NCBI GenBank assembly: GCA_964654645.1
Contig: CAZZJO010000043.1
Span: 24,650-88,649 of the forward strand
Source of the DNA: an uncultured Verrucomicrobiota bacterium
GTDB lineage: Bacteria > Verrucomicrobiota > Verrucomicrobiia > Limisphaerales > CAZZJO01
Direction: 5' to 3'
Length of the DNA: 64,000 bases
Under the pieces are notes generated by a model that made no database searches, was not told the DNA's origin, and saw only the letters and a list, made by a program, of their open reading frames with translations. Made by a program: the position numbers and the translations under genes. Positions 40,724 to 52,732 of this stretch are shown here, piece by piece. Numbering within the stretch: the first letter of the stretch is position 1; every line of letters starts with the position of its first letter.

Positions 40724-40824
40724 AATTATAGTGCTGGGCGGAAACCGGTTCCAGTGTTAATTTTAAATGGTACAAAGGAAAGCTACTTAAAGCTGCAAAT
40801 GTTGATCTGGCAAAGCCCCTTCCA

Positions 40825-41394
40825 TTACCAGCCACCCTTGCTAAGTTTGTGGACTATGTGCCGGGCTAAGTTTTCTGCTAGGATGTCTACACCCCGCCGT
40901 TCAGAGGCTGAAAAATCTTCGCCACTTCGGATTATTGTAGTACCCCTAGCTGATCCACTCCAAACAACGTCTTTGGATCCACACTGGTATAGTTTTGCTT
41001 GGGCGGTGGCTATCAATTCGTAATCCACCCCTGCCACAACCTCTACTGGACTATAACTGATAGCGCGGCGTTCATACCGAACAATTTCAATTTCCAGTAT
41101 ATAGTCGGCGGATCTAGAGTCAGCGAGTCGAAACGTTCCGTCCAGTTGAATTGCTTTTCGAAGTGCTGCAGTAATTGGTTCTGTCAGATATGGCTGAGTT
41201 GTTTTATTTGCAACTGGGGGGACGGCGATTTGGCTACCAGGGGGGATTATTGGTGCGACTGTGCCCAATCGATATCCTGCACATCCCACAGTCAATAGCA
41301 GTAATGCACAAACTACTAAAGTGGCGGTGTTATTGAGTGGTTTTTTGTCTTTTTTCCTGGAGTTGGGCGATTCGCTTGAGCGCTTCTTTTGCAT
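40825..41394 (-). CDS. lptE: LptE family lipoprotein
   Basis: Lipobox LLTVG-C followed by AGYRLG; IAVPPVANKT and ENLA..IV. The nearest in-frame ATG is 41394, inside bamD (ORF track 41430). Confidence 0.75.
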   Translation of the reverse strand: MQKKRSSESPNSRKKDKKPLNNTATLVVCALLLLTVGCAGYRLGTVAPIIPPGSQIAVPPVANKTTQPYLTEPITAALRKAIQLDGTFRLADSRSADYILEIEIVRYERRAISYSPVEVVAGVDYELIATAQAKLYQCGSKDVVWSGSARGTTIIRSGEDFSASERRGVDILAENLARHIVHKLSKGGW

Positions 41395-42313
41395 AGTCAG
41401 AGTTGGGGGCTTTTTTGATGGCGTCGGCATAGTAGATTAAGGCTGCGTTGGTTCGGTTGTGCTTTTGATAGTAAACAGCGATTTGGAAGCTTCCACGTGC
41501 CTGTTCGGTCCGTAATTCATCCACCAATCTTTGCGCTTGTTCTACACGAGGGTCGTTGGGGTAAAGGGCAATAAAGTCGGAGAGAAGATTGATGGCTCTA
41601 TAGGCTGCAGTTTGGTCGTACTCGCTTTTTCGGGCTAGTTTAGTATGACATATTCCAGCTTTGTACATGGCGTCGGCGGCTGTTTCGCCGCGTGTATTGT
41701 ATCGGTCTGCAGCACGTTCATATAAATGGGCGGCCATTTCATAATCTTTGCGTTTTTCATAGGCCTCAGCGGCTTTTAATTGGGCTTGAATCCCAATGTC
41801 ACTGAATATCGCATTTGTGACGATCGTTTGGAACAAATCCGCGGTTCTACTCATCGAGGGAAAAGTGGGGATTAGTCCAAAAAGTTTAAACCGCTGGCCA
41901 GCTAGAAATCGGGTTGCAATTTGCATTTGTCTTTGGAGCGCAGTTTCGCGTAGTGGACATCGGGGATAACGCTCGATGAGTTTCTGGTATTCTTTGAATG
42001 CGCGTTCGTCATGGCGTTTGGCTTCGTAACATTGCGCAATGATAAATTGTGCATTTGGGGCATAATCAGATAGAGGCCACACCCGGAGAATGCGTTTAGC
42101 TGCTTTCAAAGCGGTTCCGTAATCTCCCTTTTGAAATGCTTGTTCAGCAACTTGTAATTGAGCTAGCGCGGTTTCTCGCCGCCACTTGACTTGTTTGCCT
42201 GGGGGTTCATACGTCCAGCCTTCCCCCGGGGTGTAGACCAGGGGTGCTGGCGCCTGGTAGACCATGGCTAAGAATAATACGGCAGCGAAGACCCAAATAC
42301 ACCGCCAATTCAT
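41330..42313 (-). CDS. bamD: Outer membrane protein assembly factor BamD-like TPR protein
   Basis: Several TPR repeats (YQKLIERYP, FIALYPNDPRVEQA) and IAVYY..AALIYY; adjacent to lptE. Confidence 0.75.
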   Translation of the reverse strand: MNWRCIWVFAAVLFLAMVYQAPAPLVYTPGEGWTYEPPGKQVKWRRETALAQLQVAEQAFQKGDYGTALKAAKRILRVWPLSDYAPNAQFIIAQCYEAKRHDERAFKEYQKLIERYPRCPLRETALQRQMQIATRFLAGQRFKLFGLIPTFPSMSRTADLFQTIVTNAIFSDIGIQAQLKAAEAYEKRKDYEMAAHLYERAADRYNTRGETAADAMYKAGICHTKLARKSEYDQTAAYRAINLLSDFIALYPNDPRVEQAQRLVDELRTEQARGSFQIAVYYQKHNRTNAALIYYADAIKKAPNSDYAKEALKRIAQLQEKRQKTTQ

Positions 42314-42402
42314 ACGGGCAAACCGTACATGAGTGCTGCTAGCGTAGTCAAGAAGACCGAATACCTAATTTCCGTAGCCGGAGGATTTAATGGGGTTTAC
42401 GC

Positions 42403-42933
42403 TTACCCGCGGTACACAATCATGACACCAAAGTCTGTAATCAATTTCTGCGTTGCTATGTCCAAATACGTGTAGGTAATAGGTGTGATGCTAATGATGT
42501 TATTTTCACCAACGCGTTGTAGGAACTCTGTCACGCGTTCATCAAATCTGTCGTGTCCTACTTCTACACAGTCAATCCGGCGAATTGTTTTTACTCGGAG
42601 TTTTTTATCGGTTTCTTTGGCTGCAAATTCGAGGGGTTTGGGGGGTTTATTTATGAGGCTTTCGGATGGTTTTTCTCGGATGGGTACCTGGAAATGTTTT
42701 TCCTCCCTTGCGGCAGCGGAGACGGCGATTGGATTAAGAACTCCTCCTGTAGCCGTAGTTGGTGTTTTACGCTGCTCAGTTTGTGCAGGTTGAGTGGGTG
42801 GACGTGTCGCTGATTCAGGTGCAGGTATCACGATCGGTTTACCACAGGTAGGGCAATTAATTTCGGTGCCAGCCGCACTTGCATCAGCTTCTAGCTCCTG
42901 ACCACAAAACGGACATGTGAAAATTACATCCAT
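42403..42933 (-). CDS. Zinc-ribbon protein with a Pro/Thr linker and a small C-terminal alpha/beta domain
   Basis: CPFCG...CPTCG, a low-complexity linker, and a C-terminal domain ending FGVMIVYRG. Confidence 0.7.
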   Translation of the reverse strand: MDVIFTCPFCGQELEADASAAGTEINCPTCGKPIVIPAPESATRPPTQPAQTEQRKTPTTATGGVLNPIAVSAAAREEKHFQVPIREKPSESLINKPPKPLEFAAKETDKKLRVKTIRRIDCVEVGHDRFDERVTEFLQRVGENNIISITPITYTYLDIATQKLITDFGVMIVYRG

Positions 42934-43439
42934 AATACCCTCCTACTTCTGTTAAAATGATAGCCTACTTTTTAGATGGCTGCCAAGGGAAATTGTGTAT
43001 TGGGCCTGTTAATTAAGTTGGTACCTATTTCCCGTAATGCTTTCAAAAAGCATAGTACGCGAGAATTGTTTTCTCTCGAAGTGGGAGGCCGTGGATAGTT
43101 GTCCGTTGCAAATATTCGTCACCGGCTGAAATTGCGGATTGCAAAGGCTTGCTAAGGGCGAGGTGGAGTAAGGTCTGAGAGTGTGAAGGTTCCCAGGATT
43201 TGCTTTCAACTTTCCATTGAAAGTGGGGCCTTTGTTGAAGGTGGTGAAGATGGGTAAAGAGTGGTTTTCCGGTTGGCAATAAGGTGGGGGTTTATGGGGA
43301 CGCCGCGGCTGAGCGGCCCAGTGCTCAATATATATGGCTAACAATGGGTAAGCCCACAATATGTAGTGCAAATTACCCATTATTTGGGCAAAAATTGAAT
43401 TGTACGGGTGGGGTTAAAATGGTATTTTAGGGGTGAACT

Positions 43440-46017
<2,578 letters not shown>

Positions 46018-46025
46018 CGTAAGCT

Positions 46026-48647
46026 GTGTCTGTTGATTCCCTATCAACAATGGAAAACCGAAACGACAACAACCAAAACGTTGGCCAACCAAAGTCTGCA
46101 TACAGTGCAGGCGAAAGAATCCAACGTGTTAACATAGCCGAGGAACTAAAGGCATGTTTCCTCGACTATGCGATGTCGGTCATCATTTCGCGTGCGCTTC
46201 CCGATGCGCGTGATGGTTTAAAGCCGTCGCAACGGCGAATCTTATATGCAATGCATGAGCTTGGGTTGGCACCGAATAAGAAACATTTAAAGTGTGCTCG
46301 TATAGTCGGGGAGACTATTGGTAAGTACCATCCCCATGGTGATCAGGCTGTGTATCCCACGCTTGTTCACATGGCCCAGCCTTGGTCCATGCGGGAGGTT
46401 TTAGTCGATGGCCAGGGCAATTTCGGGTCGATTGAGGGTGATCCACCAGCTGCAATGAGGTATACGGAGGCTCGGTTAGCGCCATTGGGAGCGTTGCTGA
46501 TGGAGGACATGGACAAGGACACAGTGGATTTTGTCCCTAACTACGATAATACCCATCTAGAACCGGTAGTTTTCCCGGCGGCTTTCCCAAATCTTCTTGT
46601 GAATGGAGCCACTGGTATTGCCGTAGGAATGGCTACTAACATTCCCCCACATAACTTGGCAGAGGTCATAGATGCCATTTGTGCACAGATAGACAACCCA
46701 GACATCACAATTGACGAGTTGATCACTTACATAAAAGGGCCGGATTTCCCCACGGGGTGTATGGTCTGTGGAGTTGAGGGGATCCGCCAATATTTTGCGA
46801 CAGGTCGTGGAACTTTAAAGATTCGTGGCCGCGTGGGAGTAGAAGAGCTTAAAGGGGGCAAACAACAAATTGTTATCACGGAGATCCCGTTTGGTGTAAA
46901 CAGAGCCCAGTTGGTTGAGAAGATCGCTGAATTGGTAAATAACAAGACTCTTCAAGATATAACTGCAATTCGAGACGAGTCGGACGAAAACACCCGCGTA
47001 GTGATTGAAATCAAGCGCGATGCGATTCCCAAGGTAATTATAAACAATCTTTACAAGCATACCCAGTTGGAAACGACATTTGCCGTAAACATGTTGGTAA
47101 TCGACCATGGGCGACCTAAAACGCTTAACATTAAGGAGCTAATCAACTGCTACATAGAACATAGGCGTGAGGTGATTTTAAGACGGACTAGGTTTGAGTT
47201 AAAAAGAGCTGAGGATAGGGCAGAGGTGTTGGAAGGATTCCTTATTGCATTGGCAAATTTGGATGAATTCATTCGCATAATTAGGACGTCGCGGACTCGG
47301 GAAGAGGCCAAAGTGAAACTAATGGCATTTGAGTTTACCCGCGCACAGGTGGAGAAATGGGGGATCCACATTCGCAAACCGGACCGCCTAGTAAATGGCC
47401 GATACGCGTTTAGTGAGGTCCAAGCTGATGCGATTTTAGACTTGAGATTGTATCAATTGACAGGAATGGAGGCGGATAAGGTCCGGAATGAATACAAGAG
47501 TTTATTGGAGCGAATTGGTGATCTGAAAGACATACTGTCGAAGGAATCACGGGTATTGGCGATAATTAAGGAAGGTCTCCAGACTGTTAAGGCAAAATAT
47601 GCCAATCCACGGCGGACGCAAATCGTGCCTGACGAAGGTGAAATGGCTATTGAAGATTTAGTTGCGAACGAGCCAGTCATAATCACTATCACTCACAATG
47701 GGCTTATCAAACGCACCAATGTCAGTGCGTATCGTGCCCAACGACGGGGTGGTAAAGGGGTTATAGGAATGAGTACCCGAACTGATTCAGATTCGGATGG
47801 GGATGCAGATTTTATTGAGCACCTTTTTACGGCTAGCACGCACGATTACATGATGTTCTTTACCAACACTGGGCGTGTGTATGTAGAGCGCGTGTTGGAA
47901 TTGCCTGACATGGGACGGGCTGCAAAGGGCCGCAGTATAGCCAACTTTCTTGAATTGAAACCGGAAGAAAAAATTGCAGCATTGATTCCCGTGCCGGTCA
48001 AATATGGGCCGAACCGCGAGGACCAAACATGGCAACAACCCTATTATGTATTTTTCGCTACCAAGAAGGGTACGGTGAAAAAGACCGCTCTTTCTGAGTT
48101 TGCTCACGTGCGTAGAGGTGGAATTATTGCCATCAACATTGAAGAAGGTGACACTCTTATTGACGTGCGTTTAACTCGTGGAAATGACGAGGTTGTTTTG
48201 ATTACTCGATATGGGATGAGTATTCGGTTCCACGAATCTGAGGTTAGGGAGATGGGGCGGCAGGCTGCAGGCGTCCGGGGTATATCACTTGAGGAGGGAG
48301 ACGAAGTAGTTGCGCTTTCAGTAGTAGTGCCGGATGCACATCTTTTAGTAGTAGGTGAGAACGGTATCGGGAAACGTACATCCTTTGAGGAGTACCGTGT
48401 CCAGGGGCGGGGTGGAAAAGGTATAATAACCATGAAAACTACTGAAAAGACGGGACCCGTAATTGGTGCTCTTACAGTTCGGAATTCTGATGAAGTAATG
48501 GTCATTACCGCAAAAGGGCAAATGGTTAGGATCCGTGTTGCCGATATCCGAGAAACAGGACGAATCGCCCAAGGTGTGAAATTGATAGAACTAGAGGCCG
48601 GTGACAAGGTTCAGGCGGTGGCACCTGTCATACAAGAAGATTACTAG
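46026..48647 (+). CDS. gyrA: DNA gyrase subunit A
   Basis: [22 protein letters not shown], the GyrA-box QRRGGKG and C-terminal pinwheel repeats. Confidence 0.99.
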   Translation: MSVDSLSTMENRNDNNQNVGQPKSAYSAGERIQRVNIAEELKACFLDYAMSVIISRALPDARDGLKPSQRRILYAMHELGLAPNKKHLKCARIVGETIGKYHPHGDQAVYPTLVHMAQPWSMREVLVDGQGNFGSIEGDPPAAMRYTEARLAPLGALLMEDMDKDTVDFVPNYDNTHLEPVVFPAAFPNLLVNGATGIAVGMATNIPPHNLAEVIDAICAQIDNPDITIDELITYIKGPDFPTGCMVCGVEGIRQYFATGRGTLKIRGRVGVEELKGGKQQIVITEIPFGVNRAQLVEKIAELVNNKTLQDITAIRDESDENTRVVIEIKRDAIPKVIINNLYKHTQLETTFAVNMLVIDHGRPKTLNIKELINCYIEHRREVILRRTRFELKRAEDRAEVLEGFLIALANLDEFIRIIRTSRTREEAKVKLMAFEFTRAQVEKWGIHIRKPDRLVNGRYAFSEVQADAILDLRLYQLTGMEADKVRNEYKSLLERIGDLKDILSKESRVLAIIKEGLQTVKAKYANPRRTQIVPDEGEMAIEDLVANEPVIITITHNGLIKRTNVSAYRAQRRGGKGVIGMSTRTDSDSDGDADFIEHLFTASTHDYMMFFTNTGRVYVERVLELPDMGRAAKGRSIANFLELKPEEKIAALIPVPVKYGPNREDQTWQQPYYVFFATKKGTVKKTALSEFAHVRRGGIIAINIEEGDTLIDVRLTRGNDEVVLITRYGMSIRFHESEVREMGRQAAGVRGISLEEGDEVVALSVVVPDAHLLVVGENGIGKRTSFEEYRVQGRGGKGIITMKTTEKTGPVIGALTVRNSDEVMVITAKGQMVRIRVADIRETGRIAQGVKLIELEAGDKVQAVAPVIQEDY

Positions 48648-48926
48648 GAAGAAAAGGTTGCTGAGAGGACCTGAGTGAATTTTCGAAACGCGATTAAGGG
48701 TGGATTCAAAAGGTTTTCTGTCACATAGGGATCTGAGGTTTGTGCCAATAAGTAAGAAAGTGTGTGTGGAATTGTGGCACTTACGGGTACCCCCAAGGCA
48801 AACCTCCCTTTATAGTTGGGCTTTTACCTTGGACGTTCAGGGTTGTTAAAAACATTGTTTTGTTGAAAGCGGTCCTTACCCTTAGGAGTATCGCTTCCCG
48901 GTGTAATGCCTGCGAAAAAATGCAAT

Positions 48927-50594
48927 TTAGGGTTTAGAGTGTATTTGGACACCTGTCATTCCAATTTGGTCCCAATGTAGGTTTTTGATGGCTGGGATAT
49001 CATCCTTCATGCTGTTGAAAATCTCCTCTGGTTGTGTTCCAAGTTTTTTCCCGTTAAGGCAAGCTAGCAGATTATTTATCCAAATATAGGCAGGGCGAGC
49101 CTCGCTGGGAGGTTCTACTGCCTGGAAGAATTTTTGGATTCGACCGCTTTTATTAATGAATGTGCCAGTTTTTTCAGCAAAGGTTGCCCCAGGGAAAACC
49201 ACGTGAGCTTGATCGGTCAGTGCTGTGCGAACGACATCATACACTACAAGTAGGTCTAGTTTACCTAAGATAGGTTGGGTCAGTTCAGGGACTTGGGTGT
49301 TTTCGCCAAACACAAAAAGTATTTTCACGCGTCCTACTTCGATATCGTGGATAATTTTTGGTATGTATAAGCCCACTTCTGAGTAACATACGCCTGTAAG
49401 GATTGCGCCTTGGGTGTTTGGGTTTCGGTCGGACGAAAGCAACAGATGATCGTGTGGGCCTTGTGCCACGAGGATGTCGGAGGTGCAATTTAAAAGAGAT
49501 TTAAGCTTAGCTACGAGCCAAAGCTCCTCTGTTGATAGTTGCCCAGAGGCTATAATTGCTGCTTGTTTGGAACTGTTTTTTCGGAGGAAATTTGCAACAT
49601 ACTCGACAGCATGCTGGGGGGATATGCTCGTTCCGTTAACGGTCGGACGGACCAACCGGGTAGGACTTTGGGTAAGCTTGTATTGAAACCTTCCGTGATC
49701 ACACATCCATGGACCATTAACTTCGTCGTTTTGACGGGGAGTAATGCGGTAGATCACATTTTGTCGAGACCAGATTGTTATATTGCAGCCTGTGCTACAG
49801 CCTGGGCATATACTGGGTGTTTCTTTGAGGAACCAAACCCGCATTCGAAACCGGAAATCCACAGACGTTAAGGCACCTACAGGGCAGATATCCACCGTGT
49901 TTAACGTGTAATTATTGTCGAATTTTTTACCGGGATAAACTGCAATCATTGAACGGGCTCCTCTGTTAATGATCCCTAGCACGTCATCGCCTACTATTTC
50001 TCGGGTAAACCGTATACATCGTGTACATAAAATGCAACGTTCAGCGTCATACATTACCCGCGGCCCAAGTTGGACGGCTTTGGGTTTGTGGAGCTTTGTT
50101 TCGTTAAATCTAGAGCTGTCTCTCCCGTAAGCTACTACGTGTTCTTGGAGGGTACATTCCCCGGCTTGGTCACAAATTGGGCAGTCTAAAGGGTGGTTCG
50201 CAAGAAGGAATTCAAGGATGCCTGTGCGCATTTGTTTAACTGCGGGCGTATCGGTATAAATTTCCATGCCTGGGGTGATGGGGGTTGCACATGCAATTAC
50301 AGGCCGTGGGGATTTTTGTACTTTGGGCGTACCGTCTGGGTTCAAGACGAGTTTGCCACTTGAATCTTTCACCGGGAAACCTACCTCGACAAGGCACATT
50401 CGACAGTTCCCGGCTATGGGGAGTTTTGGGTGGTAACAGAAATGGGGGACTTCTACCCCAGCCAAAATGCATGCTTGCATGATCGTAGTGGGGGCTGGTT
50501 GCCCTCGCCAGTCAGGCGTGAGCAGACTCACGGTAATGGGCTTCCCATTTACTTTGACGGTAGCCAGTTGGTCTTTTTCATCCATTTGGCTCAT
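48927..50594 (-). CDS. nuoG: NADH:quinone oxidoreductase subunit G
   Basis: PHFCYHP, GNCRMC, HPLDCPICDQAGEC, CILCTRC and CPGCSTGC..C Fe-S motifs. Confidence 0.95.
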   Translation of the reverse strand: MSQMDEKDQLATVKVNGKPITVSLLTPDWRGQPAPTTIMQACILAGVEVPHFCYHPKLPIAGNCRMCLVEVGFPVKDSSGKLVLNPDGTPKVQKSPRPVIACATPITPGMEIYTDTPAVKQMRTGILEFLLANHPLDCPICDQAGECTLQEHVVAYGRDSSRFNETKLHKPKAVQLGPRVMYDAERCILCTRCIRFTREIVGDDVLGIINRGARSMIAVYPGKKFDNNYTLNTVDICPVGALTSVDFRFRMRVWFLKETPSICPGCSTGCNITIWSRQNVIYRITPRQNDEVNGPWMCDHGRFQYKLTQSPTRLVRPTVNGTSISPQHAVEYVANFLRKNSSKQAAIIASGQLSTEELWLVAKLKSLLNCTSDILVAQGPHDHLLLSSDRNPNTQGAILTGVCYSEVGLYIPKIIHDIEVGRVKILFVFGENTQVPELTQPILGKLDLLVVYDVVRTALTDQAHVVFPGATFAEKTGTFINKSGRIQKFFQAVEPPSEARPAYIWINNLLACLNGKKLGTQPEEIFNSMKDDIPAIKNLHWDQIGMTGVQIHSKP

Positions 50595-51994
50595 GCAGAT
50601 ACAAGGGATTTATCAGTAAGTTTGCCGGTGTGGGTATGGTTTGAAAGGTAGTGGAGTATTTCGTGCCTGAATTTCGTGGCGATGCTTTGGACTGGTCCAG
50701 CGCATGCGTCCCCGAATGCGCAAACGGTTTTCCCACCACCAATATTATTAGCAAGCTCAATCAGTAGATCTAAGTCAGATTCTGTTGCATTCCCGGATTG
50801 AATTCGTTGTGCAATTTTTAGCATCCAAAGGGTGCCTTCCCTGCAGGGAGTGCATTGGCCACAACTTTCATGTGCAAAAAACTCAAGTACACTCACAAGG
50901 ACGTCAACCATGTTTGTGGAATCGTCGATCACAATTATCCCTCCTGAACCGCTCATGGTGCCTGCTGATGAAAGGGTGTCGAAATCATACGGGAGGTCGA
51001 GTATGTTCAGAGTATTTGTTGTAGTTTTGCCTGGCAGCTGTACTGTAAAGGTTTCATCAAGACGGAGGACTTTAGACGATATACCCCCGGGAAAAATGGC
51101 TTTGAGTTTTCTATTGGGTGGAAGACCGCCGCCAAATTCGGGGTCAAAGACCAGATCACCCAGTGTAAACTTGCCCAATTCAATTTCGTAGACGCCTGGT
51201 TTTTTGACTGCGCCACTAAGGCAAACAAGCCGTGTACCGGTATTATTGGGTGTGCCAAGCCTAGCATAATTTTCCCCACCCATTTCCACGATGTGTTTAA
51301 CTGCGCACAATGTTTCCACATTGTTGACGATGGTTGGGCAACCATACAAACCGTACACTGCGGGGAAGTATGGGGGTTTGATACGTGGGTATGGGCGTTT
51401 ACCTTCCAAAGATTCGATTAGGCCTGTTTCCTCCCCACAGATGTAGGCGCCTGCACCTCGATGAATTACCACTTCTAAGTCATACCCGGTGTTGAGAATG
51501 TTTTTTCCTAGAAACCCATGCTGGACAGCTTCTTGAATTGCGTTTTCGAGGATTTTAGCTCCCTGGGGGAATTCGCCCCGGATATAAATGAAGGCCTTAT
51601 GAACGTGGTTGGCAAAGGCAGCTATAGCAAGGCCTTCCAGAAGCTGGTGAGGATCTCTGTGAATTATTTGTCTATCTTTGAAAGTACCTGGTTCGGATTC
51701 GTCTGCGTTACAGATCAGGTAAATGGGTTTATCTTGCTTATTTTGGTGAACAAACTCCCACTTTGTTCCTGTGGGAAAACCGGCGCCACCGCGCCCACGC
51801 AAACCAGAACGTTTAATTTCGTTTCTAATTAATTCTTGGGGTGAGATAACCCGACCATTTGATTCCAAAGAAGGTTGCATTGTAAAGACACGACGTAGGG
51901 TTTGGTATCCCCCGTGCCTGAGGTAGCATTGGATGTCGGGGGTATAATCCGGGTTAGAAAAGTTCTTCGTGATAAGTTTGGTTTGTTTGCTCAT
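50591..51994 (-). CDS. nuoF: NADH:quinone oxidoreductase subunit F
   Basis: GLRGRGGAGFPTG, CNADESEPGT, AYICGEET and ESCGQCTPCREG motifs. Confidence 0.97.
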   Translation of the reverse strand: MSKQTKLITKNFSNPDYTPDIQCYLRHGGYQTLRRVFTMQPSLESNGRVISPQELIRNEIKRSGLRGRGGAGFPTGTKWEFVHQNKQDKPIYLICNADESEPGTFKDRQIIHRDPHQLLEGLAIAAFANHVHKAFIYIRGEFPQGAKILENAIQEAVQHGFLGKNILNTGYDLEVVIHRGAGAYICGEETGLIESLEGKRPYPRIKPPYFPAVYGLYGCPTIVNNVETLCAVKHIVEMGGENYARLGTPNNTGTRLVCLSGAVKKPGVYEIELGKFTLGDLVFDPEFGGGLPPNRKLKAIFPGGISSKVLRLDETFTVQLPGKTTTNTLNILDLPYDFDTLSSAGTMSGSGGIIVIDDSTNMVDVLVSVLEFFAHESCGQCTPCREGTLWMLKIAQRIQSGNATESDLDLLIELANNIGGGKTVCAFGDACAGPVQSIATKFRHEILHYLSNHTHTGKLTDKSLVSA

Positions 51995-52037
51995 TTTCTA
52001 GTAAAAACTTTGTTTGTCGCTGTCCCTGTGTGAAGTC

Positions 52038-52065
52038 TTGACAGGTACCCTGGGCCGACTAATTT
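52038..52065 (+). promoter_or_regulatory. Sigma70 promoter for tRNA-Gln
   Basis: Perfect TTGACA (52038-52043), 16 nt spacer, TAATTT (52060-52065), 11 nt upstream of the mature tRNA 5' end. Confidence 0.6.
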
Positions 52066-52076
52066 TAGGGCAGAGC

Positions 52077-52150
52077 TGCCCGATGGTGTAACGGTAGCAC
52101 AGCAGACTCTGGATCTGCGTGTCTTGGTTCGAATCCAAGTCGGGCAGCCA
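52077..52150 (+). tRNA. tRNA-Gln(CTG), CCA encoded, antisense within the nuo cluster
   Basis: TGCCCGATGGTGTAACGGTAGCACAGCAGACTCTGGATCTGCGTGTCTTGGTTCGAATCCAAGTCGGGCAGCCA forms a full cloverleaf with anticodon CTG. Confidence 0.97.
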
Positions 52151-52169
52151 AATTTGTTTGCGCCACATT

Positions 52170-52721
52170 TCATTTCGGTATTTCCGCACGATTGCAATTG
52201 CGGATTATTTCTTCCAAGGTCGATATGGTGCATCTTTCCAGGAGTTGATCACTTAACATTGCTACGGGAGCTAGGTCACATGCGGCAAGACATTCTACTT
52301 GTTCTACAGTGATGTGTCCGTCAGGGGTTGTTTGTGGGCCTGGATTGTTGGGGTCCAAATTAAGCTGGGCGCAAAGTGTGTGATAAAGATGTAAACTGCC
52401 TTTTAGCATGCATGGGAGAGACTTGCAGATTTTAATGTGGATTTGGCCGCTGGGTGTTTGTCTAAGCATGGGATAAAAGGTTACCAGTTCTAGCACGTGA
52501 ATGGGATCCACCCCCACTTTAGATGCGGTCCATTCTATTAATTGTGGGGTGAGGTACCCAAATTTTTCCTGCAAGGTATGGAGGATCATAAGGACGGCGC
52601 TTCGTGGTACCGGATACTGTTTAATGATCGAATCCACGTGAAATTCAATCTCTGGTGTGATCCGGGTATGATCACACACTTGGTGTGAATCAAATTGGGC
52701 TTTGGTCAGATCGTTTTCCAT
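52170..52721 (-). CDS. nuoE: NADH:quinone oxidoreductase subunit E
   Basis: YP..RSA.L, VTFY, CKSLPC and ECLAAC..AP 2Fe-2S ligands. Confidence 0.95.
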   Translation of the reverse strand: MENDLTKAQFDSHQVCDHTRITPEIEFHVDSIIKQYPVPRSAVLMILHTLQEKFGYLTPQLIEWTASKVGVDPIHVLELVTFYPMLRQTPSGQIHIKICKSLPCMLKGSLHLYHTLCAQLNLDPNNPGPQTTPDGHITVEQVECLAACDLAPVAMLSDQLLERCTISTLEEIIRNCNRAEIPK

Positions 52722-52732
52722 GGTTTTTACTT

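Noticed and set aside
43160-43205. CTGAGA-containing segment as a TPP riboswitch
   Set aside because: It lacks the ACCTG and GCGnAGG elements, and the context (gyrB) does not fit.
43009-43380. 123-aa and 78-aa minus-strand ORFs upstream of gyrB
   Set aside because: They have no motifs and look like chance ORFs in a divergent promoter region; they cannot be fully excluded.
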